A DNA stretch of 63,449 nucleotides, the filler included, from Reclinomonas americana ATCC 50394 (taxonomy: Eukaryota): assembly GCA_048213135.1 (NCBI GenBank). It is 5 parts of 3 records of this genome, joined end to end, with 100 filler letters (N's around TTAATTAATTAA, not from the genome) between each part and the next. Parts side by side here need not be neighbours in the genome. Positions count along the whole stretch, not along the records: positions 60,955 to 63,449 come from PS015055.1; 4 more parts are not named here. One strand, 5' to 3'. Below the pieces are notes generated by a model, which did not search any database, was not told the DNA's origin, and saw only the letters and a list, made by a program, of their open reading frames with translations. Each line of letters begins with the position of its first letter. Position 1 is the stretch's first letter. Shown one piece after another: positions 61,280-63,449 of this stretch. The translations under genes and the position numbers were made by a program.

Positions 61280-63124
61280 ATGCAAAGGGGGGTTTGCCAG
61301 CGAATTGAACTTCAACTCGCACGAATGCAGAGTGGAGGCGACCGCACCAAACAACACCTCGAGGACTTGACATCCTTTGTCGTCGACGAGAAGAAGAATG
61401 CAAGTAACGCGCGCGCACACTCACACAAACACAAAAGTCACTCTCTCACTGACACACTCTCTCTCACTCACTCACTCACACGCAGGTGACATACAAGTGG
61501 TACAGCATGGTCGCTAGCATCTCCTTTGACGAGAGCAAGCAGTTGCGTTTTGTCACACACACACGCTCTCTCACACACTCAACTCTCACTCACACGCATT
61601 GACACAGATTGCTTGAGCGTTTGGTCAAGCAAGCAGGCGACAAGGTTGTGGCGACATACATGGTGCACGGGAAGCAGCGCGAGAGCGGTCAGCGCACAGT
61701 CACAGTTGTCACACAAGCGCAATTGCCAGGTGCGCACGTTCACCATCAAAGTCACTTTCATCACATGTGTGCTCAACCTTTTATTATGCCGCGCAGTTCA
61801 TCTACAGTCCATGGACGCGGGTGCGACAGTGTCTGTGTACAGCGTATCTCCGGCCCCGCGAGCTTCCATGGTCGCGCGCGTGCTGGGCGCGGAGTTGTAC
61901 GCGGCCGATGGAGAGCGGGCGGCCGAGGAGGTGCGGCGTGACGTGTCGCAGGCGGTGGTGGCGTTGCGTGGCATGGTGGCCAACTTGGCGGTCTCGGAGA
62001 ATGTCAGTGTGTTGGGCGCGCGAAAGGCGCTAAAGGTGAGCGCGTTATTGCAGTCCTCTTGTGTTTCTACACCGGTGCTCACTTGTCTCTTTTGATGAAG
62101 ACGCCCTCGGATCTGGCGCGTACGGCGAGTGCAGCGCGCTCCAACACCAACGAGTACATGTATCACAGCGAGCAGATGGGCGAGAACAAGGCCGCCAAGT
62201 CGGTGGTGAAGAAGCGGAATACGCTGGAGGCCATGTCTGCTCGTTTCGTGGACTTGGCTGTCTTCGCTGCATTTGTTGCATGTTTGGCTCACGAGATTGC
62301 CCGCTTCCTTTGGCAGGCATGGGTGCGGCGCCCAAGACACCTGCGCTGGTAAAGGACGAGCCGGAGCGACCGGCGGATGAGGAGGGGGAGGCGGACGATG
62401 CGGAGATGCACCAGTCGCAGGGAGAGGATGACACGGCGGCGACGGCGGCCACCTCGTCCGCACCCTCGTCGCAGTCCGATAAGAAGGCGAGCGTCGCGGC
62501 CGTCAAGAAGCCGCAGGCACCGAAAGGCAATGTCCTCGGCGCCATGTTTGCGCGACAGGCGGAGCTGGCCAAGTCGGCACCTCCCAAGCCACCACCACCG
62601 CCGCCGCCACCAGCGGCACCCGCCGGCAAGGTGCGGCCGGGGTCGGCAACCATTGCGGCCACCAAAGCCGCCGAGGTGGCGGCGGCCAAGAAGACAGCGG
62701 GCAAGAAGGGCAAGAAGGGCGCGCCGCAGAAACCACAGCAGCAGCAGCAGGAGCTGTCGGCGAAGCGGCGTGTTCTCGAGTCGGATTCGGAGGATGAGGG
62801 AGAGGATTCGGATTTCCAGTCGAGCCCGCGGAGACCACACGGTGCGTGTTGTTCCTCTCTCTTGCTCTCTCCCATCTCCCTCCTCGCTCATTGCGGCGTT
62901 CGACAGAGAAATCGGCGTGGAGCGACGACGAAGATGAGGACGGAGAGGGTGGTGGTGGCGTGGGTGGCGGTGCTGCAGTGGGAGTGGCCGACGATGAGGT
63001 GGAGGTGGTGAGCGATCGCCCGCATTCCCAGTCGCAAGGCTCCGCCTCCGACATGGACCAAAGGAAAGCAGCGACCGACGATGTGGTGATGGTGGTGGAG
63101 GATGATGCCGATGAGCAGCAGCAA
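61280..63124 (+). CDS. POLD3: DNA polymerase delta subunit 3 (POLD3/Cdc27/Pol32), 3'-partial
   Basis: N-terminal winged-helix pattern FVVDEKKN|VTYKW..SKQLL..ATYMVHG..V(S)VYSV, followed by a long K/A/P- and acid-rich disordered region. The PIP box is not reached in the window. Confidence 0.68.
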
Positions 63125-63261
63125 GTTGAGGGGAAGGGGAAGGGGAAGGGGAACGGAGAAGGCAAGGGGAAGGGGACTGGAGAAGGGGAAAAAGAAGGGG
63201 AAGTGAGGGATAGTGTGTGTGAAAGTGCGTGTGCGAGAGAGTGCCAGCGAGCGAGCGAGCG

Positions 63262-63314
<53 letters not shown>

Positions 63315-63449
63315 GACGGACGACGTACGTCGTCGTACGTACGTAACGTAACGGAAGGAAGGTACGGACGGACGGAACGGAACGGAACGGTAAGGTAAGG
63401 TAGGTAGGTAGGTAGGTACGGTACGTACGGTACGGACGACCGTACGTAC

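Noticed and set aside
63315-63449. TACG/CGTACG-rich quasi-repeats at contig ends (also approx. 2515-2560, 3484-3575, 60990-61050)
   Set aside because: They sit next to long (GA)n tracts and gaps and mirror the TACG flow order of 454 pyrosequencing, so they are most likely read-end noise, not telomere or satellite sequence.
1-63449. Alternative genetic code or stop-codon reassignment
   Set aside because: The spliced models need no in-frame stop readthrough, and TAA, TAG and TGA all terminate recognisable proteins.

Overview
Intron-rich, GC-rich eukaryotic (protist-like) draft genomic DNA with many N-gaps, (GA/CT)n microsatellites and four artificial TTAATTAATTAA contig linkers, so gene order across linkers is not reliable. 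I reconstructed spliced gene models by hand for: phosphopantetheine adenylyltransferase; a tandem pair of ankyrin/coiled-coil/IRAK-Pelle-like kinases (one with a C-terminal RING); SmD1; a DSC3-like ubiquitin-like membrane protein; a giant secreted protein with at least 18 two-cysteine IPT/TIG-like repeats; NDC1; SLU7; an EEF1AKMT4/METTL13-type methyltransferase; RNA Pol III RPC7/C31; a single-Myb protein; POLD3; and several hypothetical genes. The most striking signal is in the splice code. About one third of the reconstructed introns start with a 5' splice site carrying one extra T (GTTGCG, GTTGAG, GTTTCG, GTTACG, GTTTTG; conserved G at +6). These follow exons ending in A, C or T almost exclusively, whereas exons ending in G use ordinary GTGCG/GTGAG/GTGTG donors (G at +5). 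This suggests that a shifted-register donor class, rare in humans, is a major class in this organism. All counts are hand tallies from predicted, not transcript-verified, introns.
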